Source of the DNA: Minutocellus sp. GHC0000111
Lineage: Eukaryota
Assembly (NCBI GenBank): GCA_977018835.1
Contig: OZ361256.1
Coordinates: forward strand, 3,224,001 to 3,288,000
DNA: 64,000 nt
Reading direction: 5' to 3'
The notes under the pieces were generated by a model. It was not told the DNA's origin, made no database searches, and worked only from the letters and a program-made list of their open reading frames with translations. Positions within the stretch are counted from its first letter, which is position 1; each line of letters opens with the position of its first letter. Shown piece by piece: positions 11,749 through 23,567 of the stretch. The position numbers and the translations under genes were made by a program.

Positions 11749-12959
11749 ATGTCTCCCAACTACCGCAGCAGCTCCTCGTCGACTGAGCATGAGATGGACG
11801 GCGCTGCCATCAGACTGCCATCAGACTCAGACTCACGCCGCAGCAGACTTTGCACTGCCCGCCACGTGCCGCCGCCACAACAACAACTACAACTACTACT
11901 GACCAACAGGTGATCAACACCAAACCGACACTCCCGCTCAAATCTTGCCTCGTCCGTTCCTGTTCCAATTCTCACTCTACGACTACTACTGGATCGACAA
12001 CAACAAGGCCAGCGCTCTGTGAACTTACCGGCAGCAGCCACCGCCCGGACAGCAATGGAGACGACATCATTGACGCCCAAGCACAAAGACATGTCAATTC
12101 CCGCCGACGTGGACGACGCCTCACCTTCAACAATCGCACCCGAATCTACCTCATCCCGACCGTGGTAGAGCTGACCACCGCAGAATTCGCGGCGACGTAC
12201 CGAACTCCCGACGACGACACGGCCAGCCAGCAGGAGATCATCCGGACCATCCAGGCCATGGCGCAGCACAACTTCCACGACGGTGATGTCCTGCCGCCGG
12301 TCCTCCTCGATAACAATAACAACAACAATGACGAGGACGTCACAGACGCCGAGCTGACCACCCGAGGCTTGGAGCACATGCGCTCCTCGGCACACGTCCA
12401 GGAACGCAAGGAGACCAAGCTCATGGTCACCGACGCCATCCTCACCGAACAGGAGGAGCAGTGGGACTGCGGCCGGACGGTCGCCGAGAGCGAGGAAGAC
12501 ATTGCCGACGTATCCCGGGCCGTTACCACCCGCAGCGTCCAGGAGGCCATGGAGAAGGCCGCCAGGGATGCCGCCTACGTGAGGAGGGTGGTCGCGCACG
12601 ACTTGCAGTGCCAGCAGGCCAGCGACGTGCCGCTGGGACGGAGTCTGCACAACCTGAGCCTGGCCGCCGACCTTCCTCTTACCACCACCACCGATACTAC
12701 GGGTGCTGACGCCGGCATCACGACCCCCCGCCTGCCTAGTTTCATCCACGCCACTCCCAATCCATGGTCCGTCGCATCGACGACTCCTCCCACCATAACC
12801 AATACCACCCACCTCGACCAGATCGCATCGAACTCCTCAATGGCCATGTCCAACCACAGCAAGAACAAGATGTCATCGTCGACGACGACTTCGTCGATGC
12901 CAACGACACCGGCTCTACCATCGGCAACGGCCTACCTAAGTAGATCAGTGCCCCTCTAG
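11749..12959 (+). pseudogene. Diatom RGLE-motif family protein; 11-nt tandem duplication frameshifts the N-terminus
   Basis: LTF..LIP..TTRGLEH..DAILTEQEEQW..IADVSR..A..DAAYV. CTGCCATCAGA occurs twice (11804-11825). Removing one copy puts ATG 11749 in frame with the 11850 ORF with no stops. Confidence 0.7.
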
Positions 12960-13239
12960 CTAGCTAAGAAGAGAGAAAGAGAACAAGCAACCTTATCTGC
13001 CAGAAAAATGAAACTCATCTGCATACTATCGAGAGTAGATCTACGAAGCAACTCGCACATTTTACGCATAGAGGCTCATTTCGAGCCTCTCGGGCACCCT
13101 CTTGTATTGTATTCAAGCTTAAAATTACATAATTACCGCATGCATCATTCAATCGAAGATGTTTTACTTACAAGGTGCATGTAGGTTCCTTAAGTGCTTT
13201 ACGCGTACTAGATCTACTGCACACAATATCGATACCTTA

Positions 13240-16200
13240 TTACTCCCACAAACAGAGCGATTCGAGGTGCGCCGCCGACCCATCCCGCAGCCAGCCATCG
13301 AGCTGGGCTGGATCCTTGAGCTGCTGTCCCCGAACTCGGGGGACCACTACGAAGGTACAGTCAACATCGTCCAGGCTGGACATGTCGCCCCAGAGCTTCT
13401 CGAACTGGGCGACGGGGTGAACGTCCTCCTGGGCGTTGCCCCAGCGCTTCTTGACATCCTTGAGGGTGACATAGGTGGGCATCCGGCGAGAGAAGTCATG
13501 GACGGCATGTTCTACCTTGGCTGGGTTGTTGGCAAGATCATCACGGTTGAGACCAAACTTGCTTAGGAGGGCGTCGATATCAATCCAAGTTGTCATGCTG
13601 TTGTAGTAGGAAAGTTTCAGTTCATCATCTTGAGTGGGCATCGCCAGGACTTCGATCAGACGCGGTTGTCCATCGACACGGCCAAGACCCCCGCCGGTGT
13701 CCTCGATGCGACGTGGAACTACCTCGAACGATAAGGTAGAACCAGATTCAAGGAAAAGGCCCAAAAGACCAGGATCACAATCGGCACCGACCGTATCAAT
13801 GTTGTGTACCATGAGCGTTTGGAGCTGCGGTCGCTCCTTTAGAAGTGCGGCCAGGGTGCCGTTCAGAAGGAGATTGGGCACTTCGAACCAATGACCGACT
13901 GGGCACAGACACTGCGATGGAATGCTATCGCGGTAATCAGCCCCCTCACCATTGGACTCGGCCCATCCGATGAGGGCCGCTTCCAGAGATTCTTTCACCT
14001 TTTGAGCCTGCTCGTCGAGCCGCTGGGACGCTTGCTCCTCCCACGCAAATTTCAGATCTTTGACGGTAGGGATCATTCGCAGTCCGATGCTCTTGCCGTG
14101 CGAAGTTAGGCAGTCGCGGTATCCGTGGCTATTTGTTTGGAGGAGATAGTCTTGGATTGCGTTTTCAGTCATGTGACTTGTTGTAAAAATGTGTGGGATG
14201 GCACCGGAGCCTCCAAATACTGTGGATATCTGCCGGCTTTTGGCAAGATGGACCTCAAGGAAGCTTCTATGCTTTCCACCGAGGGAGCAGAATGGGTGGA
14301 TGGCCTTGGTGCATCCGGCACCCTGCGTCCAGCGACTTCCAACACCCGCTGCGAGGGTAACGACGGCGACCCTTCCCTCTCGAATGGCCTCGGCTCCTCG
14401 ACGGCGCATATTTTCTGTGATGTCATCGGCAGCTACAATGATGTCTTCTGGTAATGCATCTGTGAGCTGTGAGGAAGAAGGAAGTCGATTTTGGGCCAGT
14501 CCAATCGCACCGCTCTGTAAGTCAGAACGGATCTCTTCGTGGCTTTCAGAATCAAAGCCAAGCTCTTCCAGTAGATCATCAAGACTTTCAGTCTTCGCTG
14601 GGGCAGCATCCTGTGGCGTGGCCTCAATATCCGAAACAGAAGTAGATGTTTCTACACTCTGGGGCTCATTAACGTTGGAATCGCGCAAAAAGTCGGGAAC
14701 AATACTTGCGCCATCGTACCAAGCCGCTGACGTTCCTACTTCGTTCACTGAGAAGTCATACACCACGGGATCCATCGCGAAAGGTAACGCATGCTCCATT
14801 TCTTTCTTTGTTTTCAGCATGATATCACCGAGAACATCTAGCGCTTCAGCTTTTGCATCAGGATGAACAATGAAACCCATCCCACCGCCACTCATTCCTC
14901 CCAGCATCCAGAAGCCCCAGAATTTATCGGCAAAGTGGGCCTTGGCTCGTTCGATTATTGTTTCTGTGTATTTATTCGAAGCCCATGGGATGATGTCGCG
15001 GATAGGTCCAAAGAAGTTTTCAGTTGTCAGAGCGGCGACGGTCCTAACCGCCTCCTTGACATCATCCATTCTGAATGCGTCTAAAATAGCTCTCTGAATG
15101 TCAAGCGCGCGATGACGAGCACTCCACTCCTTTTCCGAACGCAGCAAGTACTTTCGGTAACCATTTCCAATATCGGTCCAACATTTTGGGACATGCCGCC
15201 ATGAACGAGCACAAGTGAATTTCGAAGGGCATCGCGGAGCCTCGTCGATGCCTCCTCCTCTCCCAATATGTTGTGAGTTGGCAGTAGCCTGCCCCGGCTG
15301 ATGCCCCACTCCGGGTCGCCCTCTTTGGCTTCGACGCCAGTAATGAGTTTCAAGCCCGGCCACACGCCACCACTATCCTGCCAGCCTCCGCCGCTGCCGC
15401 CTAGCCACTCGCCGAGGATGGCCCGAGCGGCAACCAGTCGGCGTTCAACCTCCACCAAAGGTCCGGTAAGCGATGAGGTTTGACCGGTGGCCCTCATACA
15501 CACGGCAATGATGCTTCCAAGCAAGTTGGTCGATACGGCCAAGCGTGATCCCTTGGGTATATCATTTACCTTGGTTACAAGCTCAATGCCTCTTCCTCCA
15601 ACTCCTATCAGCGATACAAACACCTCCTCCAACGGCAAGTTCGGCTGGCATTCCAAGCTCGGTGGGACGATGCCACTGGCCACAATTCCCGCCTTGAGCA
15701 GACCAACGTAATCGGCGGCAAAGTCAAACACCTGCCCGACGGTCGTAAGGTCCACCCGAGTCTTGAGATCGACACTCACCAAGCGCAGAACGCCTGGTTC
15801 GTCAATGATGCGCAGGTACGATTCGACGGGTGGGATGGGATGCTCGTGAACGTCGCTCCCTCTCACCATGAGGTCGACACTGCAGTTGATGACGCGGGCA
15901 CCTTCGGGAAAGTCCATCCCCAAAAAGAATATATCGGACCACCCGGCGTGGCTGAGATCCATCCGGACGGGAGTACGCTCACACAGAGTTTGGTTGGAGT
16001 TGAGCAATTCTGGTGCCGTGATACGTCGCGGGTGGTCGAATGCTTTGTTATTGTTATCATCATCGTCATCATCATCAGCAGCAGCAGAATTCTCAGTGTT
16101 AGGAGCAAACAACCATTCATTTCCCTCCGAGGAACGGACCGACGAACGGACCTGATCGGCCAGAGTTTGCAACGCCAGGGAATGATATGCCTTGGCCAAC

Positions 16201-16250
16201 GCCGACGACAGGGCATCGGTCGGTGGATGGCATACAAGTGAAGCATTGCC
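13240..16250 (-). pseudogene. Bifunctional GHMP sugar kinase / UDP-sugar pyrophosphorylase-like protein (bacterial-type), disrupted
   Basis: GHMP motifs [29 protein letters not shown] and LGGMSGGGMG. Nucleotidyltransferase motifs LAAGVGSRW..K, PVGHW, HNID and QFEKLWGD. A 1-nt frameshift at 15152-15154 breaks EMVTE/KYLLRS, and the N-terminus is broken near 16220-16250. Confidence 0.8.
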
Positions 16251-16660
16251 CGGCGCCATGCGCACCGCAGGCAATTTTGTGAGGATCGGGTGACGGAAAG
16301 ACCATTCCATCCTCGCCGCTCGATCGATCGAAGAGTCAGCTATCAGAACCCCACGCAGCCAGATCGAGGCAGAGAAGATACGGCGCAAGAGAGGTTGCAT
16401 ACCAAAGGTAAAGCGGAACAGACTCGGCATCACATTCCTGGTGGGGATTCTGCGCAGCGCTCCATTTCTCTATCTATTTTTCAATTTGGAGGTGTCCAGC
16501 CCGAAAAAGGGGAAGCTGGCACAAAAGATACGACGAACGACGAAGCCGAGCCGATCCTACAAACGTCACTCGATTGATTTTGGATTGCCAGTCCAATTAT
16601 TGGTTTCGATCATCTACCCCCGCTGATTTATTTTATTCGTCATAAGAAGTAAGCGGTACA

Positions 16661-18559
16661 ATGATAAGAGCAGTAGGGAGAAGTTGCCGGTTGGCACCAG
16701 CGGCCGCCGCTGAGGCTGGACTTCAATCTCTGACCAGGAGGATATGTGCTTCATCGCCGGCATCGGTTGCATTCCAAAGCAGAAGCTCATCCTTCTCATC
16801 GGCATCGTCACACCCGCACGGTCCCTCGGCCCAGCGAGCCCGTCTGGGCATCGGCGGGGCCAAGCTCGCCCAGCAGTCGGCGGCCAGCAACAACCTCGAG
16901 GTCTACTCGAGCGTCATCGCCACCTCCCTCCATTCCGGCACTACCACCTTCGAATCGGGCCACGGCGGCGAGTCCAATCTGAGCAACGCGTATCAGGCCG
17001 CGATGAATCATCTGCGGGAGGAGGATGCCGATACAGTGAACAAGATGGACCATGTTACGCTGACGGCACGCTTTGGCTATCGGACGGTGCCGGCTGGTGC
17101 TACCGCATCCGCACAGGATCAGAATGGTGGTGATGGTGACTACCTCGGACATTATCCCAACGATGTGCAGGTGGAGGAGGCAAAGCCTGGCAGTAGTGGC
17201 AGTGGCGGCAACAAACAGGGAGCAAACAAGGGCGGTGGAGATCTCGACGAGCAGTCGGACGAAGCCCAAGAGGATATGGAGGCCCTGACCAAGTCTGGTA
17301 GTACCGACGGATCAGCTGCCGGTGGTGATGTGGCCGTTCACAACTTGTCTCGACAGTACGTGGCGCATTGTTTGGCGGCATCGCCACTCGTTCGGGTCCG
17401 AGCCGAGCAGCGTGTCGCTCACTCCCAACCCGACGTTCGGCTGGTCTACCTCGCCCACAACCCTGAGGCGCAGGGTGCAGCCCTGGCAGGTCGGGGAGCA
17501 CCGCTCGATGAGATTCGAGGATTGGTCAAGGAGAGGTTGACCGATGCCTTTATTGGCTTGGAAACGGGCAAGGCCGAGGGTCTCATCACTTCGTACGGTG
17601 TTTGTTCCAACGGCCTCAGCCTGCCCGATAAGCATCCCCTCCATCTGCCGTGGATGGACGTGTTGAACGCTGCCAGCGATGCGGTATGCTACGTTCACGG
17701 ATCCGATACGGTCGATGGCATCGCGCCGCAGGGTACCGTGGCCGGTCTGTCCACCATTCAGCTACCGGCCAATTTACTGGAGACCAATGGATTGAACGTT
17801 GCACAAAATATCAAGACCTATCTGGATACCGATCCCGGTGACGATGGCGATGAAACACCAGATAAGTTTCCAAGCTTGCCCTCGTCGGTAGATGTGTACG
17901 TTACCCGACCACTTACGTGCTACCCCGATCAGGGCACCGGGTCTGGCCATCCGTTCAAGCTGGTGGACTATCAGATCGATACCACGCCAACGGCCGATTT
18001 CACGTCGGGGATGAAGAAGGTATGGACCAACACCCTGGATGGATCGCGACCACCGCACTACGGCCCAGCACTGGCTACGACCATGGCGCACTTTGACGCC
18101 ACGGCCATTTTAGAGGCTGGAGAAGAGCGGAAGCTCACAGTAGAAGAAAGGGAGACGCTCGATGGCTGCAGACTGCTGCAGAGTATGATCCATGATCTCG
18201 ATAACAGTCTGGATACCATCCGATCCTTTGCTGCCTACGAGGAGGACCTGTACAACAAGGTCGTGCCGTTGATTCATGATACGTTCGAGGAGCTGGACGA
18301 GGATAGTGCCATGGTACTGCAATCCTTCTTCGTGGCACACGGAGCGGCTGTTCGGCATGCCATCGCCAAGACGACGAGGGAGCTTTTGAAGGAGGGTGGC
18401 GATGGAGTACCACCGTACGAGGTACCCGACGATGTGACGCTGCAGGAGTTTGCCTTGCAGCACCTGTTGAAACAGAAGCAGATCGACAAGGTTATCGTGG
18501 GCTGCCCGCAGGCCGAGCACGTGCTGGAGGCCCTCCATGCAGCGGACAAGTTGCAGTAG
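16661..18559 (+). CDS. Aldo/keto-reductase-like protein with probable mitochondrial presequence
   Basis: Arg/Ser/Ala-rich leader. AKR-like elements RFGY, YLAHNPE, GLITSYGVCSN, IQLPANLLE, TRPL and VIVGC...EHV. Confidence 0.65.
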   Translation: MIRAVGRSCRLAPAAAAEAGLQSLTRRICASSPASVAFQSRSSSFSSASSHPHGPSAQRARLGIGGAKLAQQSAASNNLEVYSSVIATSLHSGTTTFESGHGGESNLSNAYQAAMNHLREEDADTVNKMDHVTLTARFGYRTVPAGATASAQDQNGGDGDYLGHYPNDVQVEEAKPGSSGSGGNKQGANKGGGDLDEQSDEAQEDMEALTKSGSTDGSAAGGDVAVHNLSRQYVAHCLAASPLVRVRAEQRVAHSQPDVRLVYLAHNPEAQGAALAGRGAPLDEIRGLVKERLTDAFIGLETGKAEGLITSYGVCSNGLSLPDKHPLHLPWMDVLNAASDAVCYVHGSDTVDGIAPQGTVAGLSTIQLPANLLETNGLNVAQNIKTYLDTDPGDDGDETPDKFPSLPSSVDVYVTRPLTCYPDQGTGSGHPFKLVDYQIDTTPTADFTSGMKKVWTNTLDGSRPPHYGPALATTMAHFDATAILEAGEERKLTVEERETLDGCRLLQSMIHDLDNSLDTIRSFAAYEEDLYNKVVPLIHDTFEELDEDSAMVLQSFFVAHGAAVRHAIAKTTRELLKEGGDGVPPYEVPDDVTLQEFALQHLLKQKQIDKVIVGCPQAEHVLEALHAADKLQ

Positions 18560-18665
18560 TAGACAATGCGAGCGAATGCTAAGGAAATAAATGCAATCTT
18601 AGGAAATTACTGCTACTAGATCTAGAATACCCGCGGATGCAAAAAGCAAGGAACAGAGAAGCTCC

Positions 18666-19958
18666 TCAAAGACGATATTGTTCCGTGGCAGCAACCCGAC
18701 CATACCTTGCGCTTGAGTACTTCTTCGTGACAGAACGAAGGTCAGGTGGGGTGGAATTCTTCTCAACGAGGAGAGCTCGGGCGACGGGGATGACCTCCTC
18801 CTCCGTGTAACCGGTGTAGTGGAGCAAGGTGGGAGACCAAACGTTGCGACCGACAGCACGGCGAGCGAGGAGGATGGCAGCCGAAGCAAGTTGAGAAGGC
18901 AAATAATGCAGAAGGGTGTAGCTAGTTAGAGTACCGTCCAAAAGCAGGCACGAGGACTGCACAATACGCTTGTCGGCATGGGCTGCCTTGAGATAGCGAA
19001 CGAGGAAGCAGTGAGCGGAGGCGATGGTAACATTGTAGTCCAGAGCCTTGAGTACCACCTCCTCCATCTCGAGGATCTCATTACCGGAGTAGGCGCGATC
19101 GCAGACATACACAAGGTCGCGCAGTTCTGGGGGGTAAATCTCCTCGTACTTGGAGGCAATGAGAAGGCAAGCAACACCGACAAGCTGCAGCTTGGGACGC
19201 TGGACCTCCTTGACCGATAGATACCTGTCGATCAGATTGACACAGAGGTAGAGCGTCTCCGGCACGAGCTTGAACTTGAGGTGAACCTCAATCAACCAGT
19301 CCACGAGGATGGCACGCATCCGCTCGTTGATGTTGGGCTGATTTTCCTCCGCTCGTTGATGTTGGGCTGATTTTCCATGAAGGTGGGCCGGACAGAGGTG
19401 ATCTCCTCCTTGCCACGAAAGTGATTGTACTATAAGGGGGGGGGTGCACGATTGGTGAGGATGGGAAAAGAAAACAATTGTATGTATGACTCGACCTGGG
19501 CCACTGCTACCGCTGGTACTTACCATCTCCTGGACGTAGTCGGTGGCACAGAGAGGATCGTCCTTATCACGGGCGTCGATGTTGTCCACGTTGCCGGTGT
19601 GCTGGTAGCTACTGAGGTTGGAGATCGACGAGAAGGCGGTGGGTCGAGACGTGGGGGCAATGAAGGGATTGGTGGAGGCGATCATGGTCGTCGTCAACGT
19701 CGTGGTGGCAGGACGCTGGACGGCGAGGCCGGCACCGTTGCTGTTGCCGTTGGCATTGGAACGAGGCTGAGGCTGAAGCTGCTTGCTGGCGTTGCGCTTG
19801 GTAATGGATCTGGTCTGGCGTTTCTCGAACGTGGTACCGGTACCATTCTTGCCGACATCGGCATTGGGCTTGTTGGGAGCATTGCCGTCGAGCGTGTTGC
19901 CGAAGGCGCGGCCCTGGCGGGTGGCATCATTCTGATTCTGATTCTGATGGTGATACAT
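18666..19958 (-). pseudogene. B-type cyclin; 29-nt tandem duplication frameshifts the spliced product
   Basis: Cyclin box MRAILVDWLIEVH..LQLVGVACLLIASKYEEIYPP and D-box-like RAFGNTLDGN. Intron 19523-19430 (GTAAGT..TAG). Exact duplication at 19319-19347 / 19348-19376. Confidence 0.85.
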
Positions 19959-20185
19959 GGTAGTAGTGAGGGGGTAAGCGGTTGTTGCTGGATGTAATTA
20001 TCGATTGGGGACAGAAGTCCGGGGGCTTTCGATTCGATTGATGAGAGCGAATTATGAGCAGCAAGGGCCGGCCACCGCGTGTCGCCGCTAACAAATTGCT
20101 GCACGGCTGACTTGAAGGCGGGGGGCGTTTCTTTCGTTCGATCAGGGTGCGGGTCTGATCGTTGTTGCCGCTGCCGCTGGGCCAA

Positions 20186-20207
20186 TTCAAATTTTCACAA
20201 TTTTGAA
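20186..20207. promoter_or_regulatory. Two CHR-like (TTTGAA) elements upstream of cyclin B
   Basis: TTCAAA at 20186-20191 and TTTGAA at 20202-20207, ~230-250 nt upstream of the cyclin ATG. CHR is an established G2/M element in animals, but short hexamers also occur by chance. Confidence 0.3.
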
Positions 20208-20280
20208 CAGCAGACATCCCCTTATACACAACAACTCACTTTAAAAAAAAATGTGCTCCCATACATTCCACTACTGGCCT

Positions 20281-23046
20281 TCACAAATTACGCATGTTAC
20301 GCAACGCCTCGATGCGCTCTATAGCTCCGTCGTTCCCCGCCTCGCGAAGACCATCCAGTACAGCAGCAAACGCCTTTTCTCCGGGCTTGAGGCTCTTGTC
20401 TCCCTTCTCATACTCGGCGATCATCTTCTTCAACAGCGCCTCGGCCCTCTCTACGTTCTCGACGTCATCGAAATCTCGACTATACACCTGCAGGGCGGCA
20501 GTGCAGGTTCCTCCGTTCGGCTTAATCTCAGTATCGCCACCGGTCGACGAAAGCTCCCACATTTCGTCGAGCAATGCCTCGACCCTACCCGAAGCGGCAG
20601 CCGCATCCATGCCCATCGACAAATTGGCGTATGCTTGGACGACAGACGTATACGGAACCACCGATGGCCTCAGCGTGTCGTCGTTCTTTATTTCACTGAG
20701 GAGCTCCTCGGCCCGACTTGGGTTGCCAGCTCGAGCATGCGCGCTCATGACCGTCGCGTAGCTGAATGCATCCGGTCGAACCTTGTCGTCTCCAGCCTGC
20801 TCGGCAAGTTCCTTCATCTCCGATAGAATGCCCTCGGCCTTCTCGGCGGCCTCGGTAGCATCGATATCCAGCGCGTTCGAGTATGCCTGCATGACGCTGT
20901 TGAAAACGACGCTGTTTGGAGCCACGCTCGCATAGGCCGGGAGCTTCGACAGCTCCATCATCTTCCGCAAAAGACTATTTGCCGTCGATCCAGCCTCGTT
21001 GCTGTTGGCAAATGCATGGATGACTGCAGCCCAAGTGACCTGGTTGGGTCGCACTGCCTTGTCGCCGGTCTCGTTGAAGGTGGAGAGCATCTCTCTCAAC
21101 AGCTCGTACGCCTTTGCCGCTCCCTCACTGCTATTCAACGAAGCGTAGGTCGAGATGACGGCCGAATACACATAGTTGTTGGGACGGATGGTATGACTCC
21201 CCGATCGGTGCAGGTCGATCATTCGTCGAAGCAGTTGCTCGGCCTTGGCGGCATTCTCCCCCTTCTCCGCCTCCCGCCTCGACAGGCCAACAATGGCTGC
21301 CTGGAAGGTCCTCGTCGTAGGCGCAAGGGCCGTTTCACCGGCGGAGGCTCGATCTTCCATGAATTTCAGTATATCGTCAATCCTTTGACTTGCGCGTGGA
21401 TCGTCTGATCGAGCATAGGTCTCAATCAGAGCATCGTAACAGATGGAGGTTGGCAAAATCGACAGAGTCTTGCCACCGGGACCATTCTTGGTTCGGCTCA
21501 TTTCTGCAATGACCTTCTCCGCCTCTTTGGGTGCCTCGGGCCGACCCGACTTGGCCCACGCTTGCACCACGGCACTGTACGAAAGCACTTGCGGTCGATG
21601 TGACGAGGTACCATCCAAGTATTCCCTCTCGAGCTTATTGAGGATGCTCTGCGTCCTTTCGGCAGCATTCTTATCGCGAGCTTTCGTATACAAATTCATG
21701 AGTGAATTCCAAGTGCTGGTGTCAGGAGCACCGCGTGCATAAGTCGACGATTCCATCTCTGCAACAATGGCCTCGGCACGCTGCAACGCCCGCGACTCAC
21801 CACTCCGTGCCCATGCATTGATGGCGGCATTGGCGGCAGCTCGATCTATGGGAACGTTGCGAGACTTCATTCTTTCCAGCAATTGATCTGCCATGTCGCC
21901 CACCTCCTTGCCCGAGAGAGCACTATCAACGCCACGCCCGCTAGATCTGGACTTGGCCAGAGCATTCAAAACAGCACAGTAGGCATAGGCGTTGGGCCAG
22001 GCCTCGGTGTTCTTCCCCGAACCCGACAGATACTCCATTCTCTCTACGATTTTCATGGCTTTTCGGGGAGCATCCGGCTGTTGCGACCGCGCCACGCCTT
22101 GAATGGCATTGGTGTAGCAATAGAAATTCGGTCGCATCCTCTCGTCGCCAGTGGATTCATAGACATCCTCCATATATTGCAGAATCTGCTCCGCGCGATT
22201 TGACGCGCCCGGATTCGACAACGACGCAGCACCAGCCCAAACCTGAATGAGACTTCCAAACGTTCGCTGGGAGGGTTGGACCGAGGCATCTCCCCTAGCC
22301 GCCCTCTCCTCCATATCCTTGACGATGGATTCGGCATACTCGGCATTGCGCTGCCGTTGCTCCACACTCAGCTCCCTACCCGCACCCTTGCCATTGTTGA
22401 CAAAGGCAATCACAGAAAGGAGGGCATTGTACACAGATTCGTTGGGCTTGGTCTCCTCCCTGCCGTATTTGCTGTGCAATTCCTCCATTTTCTGGATAGT
22501 TGCCGTGGCACGGTGGATGGCATCCACGTCGCCCCTGCCCAGCACCATGTTGCTGTTCTTGGACCAAGCCGATATCGCCGCCGATACGCAGTACGTAGAT
22601 GGGATGAGCCAAACTTTCTGTCTTCCACCGCTACTTGCCTCCTCTCTTTCCTGACGTTCGTATTCCGATATCATGACCTGCAGCAATTCCTCGGCCTTGA
22701 CGGCGGCACCGGGCAGATGCCGTGCCTTGCAGTAGGCCGCCAGCAGGACGCCAAAGGTGAATTCATTGGGACGGGGGTACGTCGTGGAATCGGTCGACCA
22801 GTGCCGCAGATGATGTCGGATCTTGTTGTCGGCTTCTTGCAGGGCAGAGGGTTCGCCAGAGGATACGAGTCGCTGCAGATTTTGGGTCAGGTGGACGGTA
22901 CCCCTAACGGCACGGGGTTTGTGCTGGCTTTGGCGGCGACGATGAGATGATGGATTTCGGCGACGACTGTTGCCATTGCTGCGACGATTGTTGTTGTGAG
23001 ACTTTCTCACGCTACCTCCAGATGCTTGGGATCGATTGCTGGCCAT
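20281..23046 (-). CDS. Pentatricopeptide-repeat (PPR) protein, diatom type
   Basis: Many repeats of the form P+..tY.avi.awa.s....a..AE.ll..M (e.g. PNFYCYTNAIQGVARS, PDAFSYATVMSAHARAG). First ATG at 23046. Confidence 0.88.
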   Translation of the reverse strand: MASNRSQASGGSVRKSHNNNRRSNGNSRRRNPSSHRRRQSQHKPRAVRGTVHLTQNLQRLVSSGEPSALQEADNKIRHHLRHWSTDSTTYPRPNEFTFGVLLAAYCKARHLPGAAVKAEELLQVMISEYERQEREEASSGGRQKVWLIPSTYCVSAAISAWSKNSNMVLGRGDVDAIHRATATIQKMEELHSKYGREETKPNESVYNALLSVIAFVNNGKGAGRELSVEQRQRNAEYAESIVKDMEERAARGDASVQPSQRTFGSLIQVWAGAASLSNPGASNRAEQILQYMEDVYESTGDERMRPNFYCYTNAIQGVARSQQPDAPRKAMKIVERMEYLSGSGKNTEAWPNAYAYCAVLNALAKSRSSGRGVDSALSGKEVGDMADQLLERMKSRNVPIDRAAANAAINAWARSGESRALQRAEAIVAEMESSTYARGAPDTSTWNSLMNLYTKARDKNAAERTQSILNKLEREYLDGTSSHRPQVLSYSAVVQAWAKSGRPEAPKEAEKVIAEMSRTKNGPGGKTLSILPTSICYDALIETYARSDDPRASQRIDDILKFMEDRASAGETALAPTTRTFQAAIVGLSRREAEKGENAAKAEQLLRRMIDLHRSGSHTIRPNNYVYSAVISTYASLNSSEGAAKAYELLREMLSTFNETGDKAVRPNQVTWAAVIHAFANSNEAGSTANSLLRKMMELSKLPAYASVAPNSVVFNSVMQAYSNALDIDATEAAEKAEGILSEMKELAEQAGDDKVRPDAFSYATVMSAHARAGNPSRAEELLSEIKNDDTLRPSVVPYTSVVQAYANLSMGMDAAAASGRVEALLDEMWELSSTGGDTEIKPNGGTCTAALQVYSRDFDDVENVERAEALLKKMIAEYEKGDKSLKPGEKAFAAVLDGLREAGNDGAIERIEALRNMRNL

Positions 23047-23567
23047 GGGCGTGGAAGCAGCATCTTCTTTGGCGGCAGAGTTGGACGATAGCAATCGTCG
23101 TGCTGTGGAGTTGGAACAGGCACATGATGTGTCATTCGAAAGGCTTTAGAAGAAGGCGCTGTATTGCCAACACACGAGCGTGGCCGACCGCTCCTACCGC
23201 CAGAGGAGAGAAGCCATCGCCTGGCAAGCATGTTCGGCTCAGCTGGGGTGGGGTTATCGAGGTATTAGCCACCCGTTCTTGGCGGGAAATCTCAATATGC
23301 AAGTGAAAGTTGCGATCGGAAGATGGCCAGACCGTTCACTAGTTTTTGGTACGTCCGTCGCCAGACATCCTCAAAAGTACAGAAACCAGGTCCAGTTCCA
23401 TTTACCCCGACACCGTCTTACTGAGAATGAAATACGAAAATAGTTTTCGTATGTGGAGTTTTCGTATTCAAAAAGAGGTTATGAGCTGAAGAGCGGCAAA
23501 TTTTTGCCGCCCGTCTCTCGGTACAAGTTGTTTTTGTATCGTTCCGAACAAGAATAAGAGAGCAACC

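Noticed and set aside
11760..12812. Long antisense ORFs (e.g. 11760..12812-, 29069..30022-, 32901..33758-, 39945..40844+, 48800..49627+, 58865..59743+)
   Set aside because: Shadows of real genes on the opposite strand, caused by GC-rich codon usage; no independent motifs.
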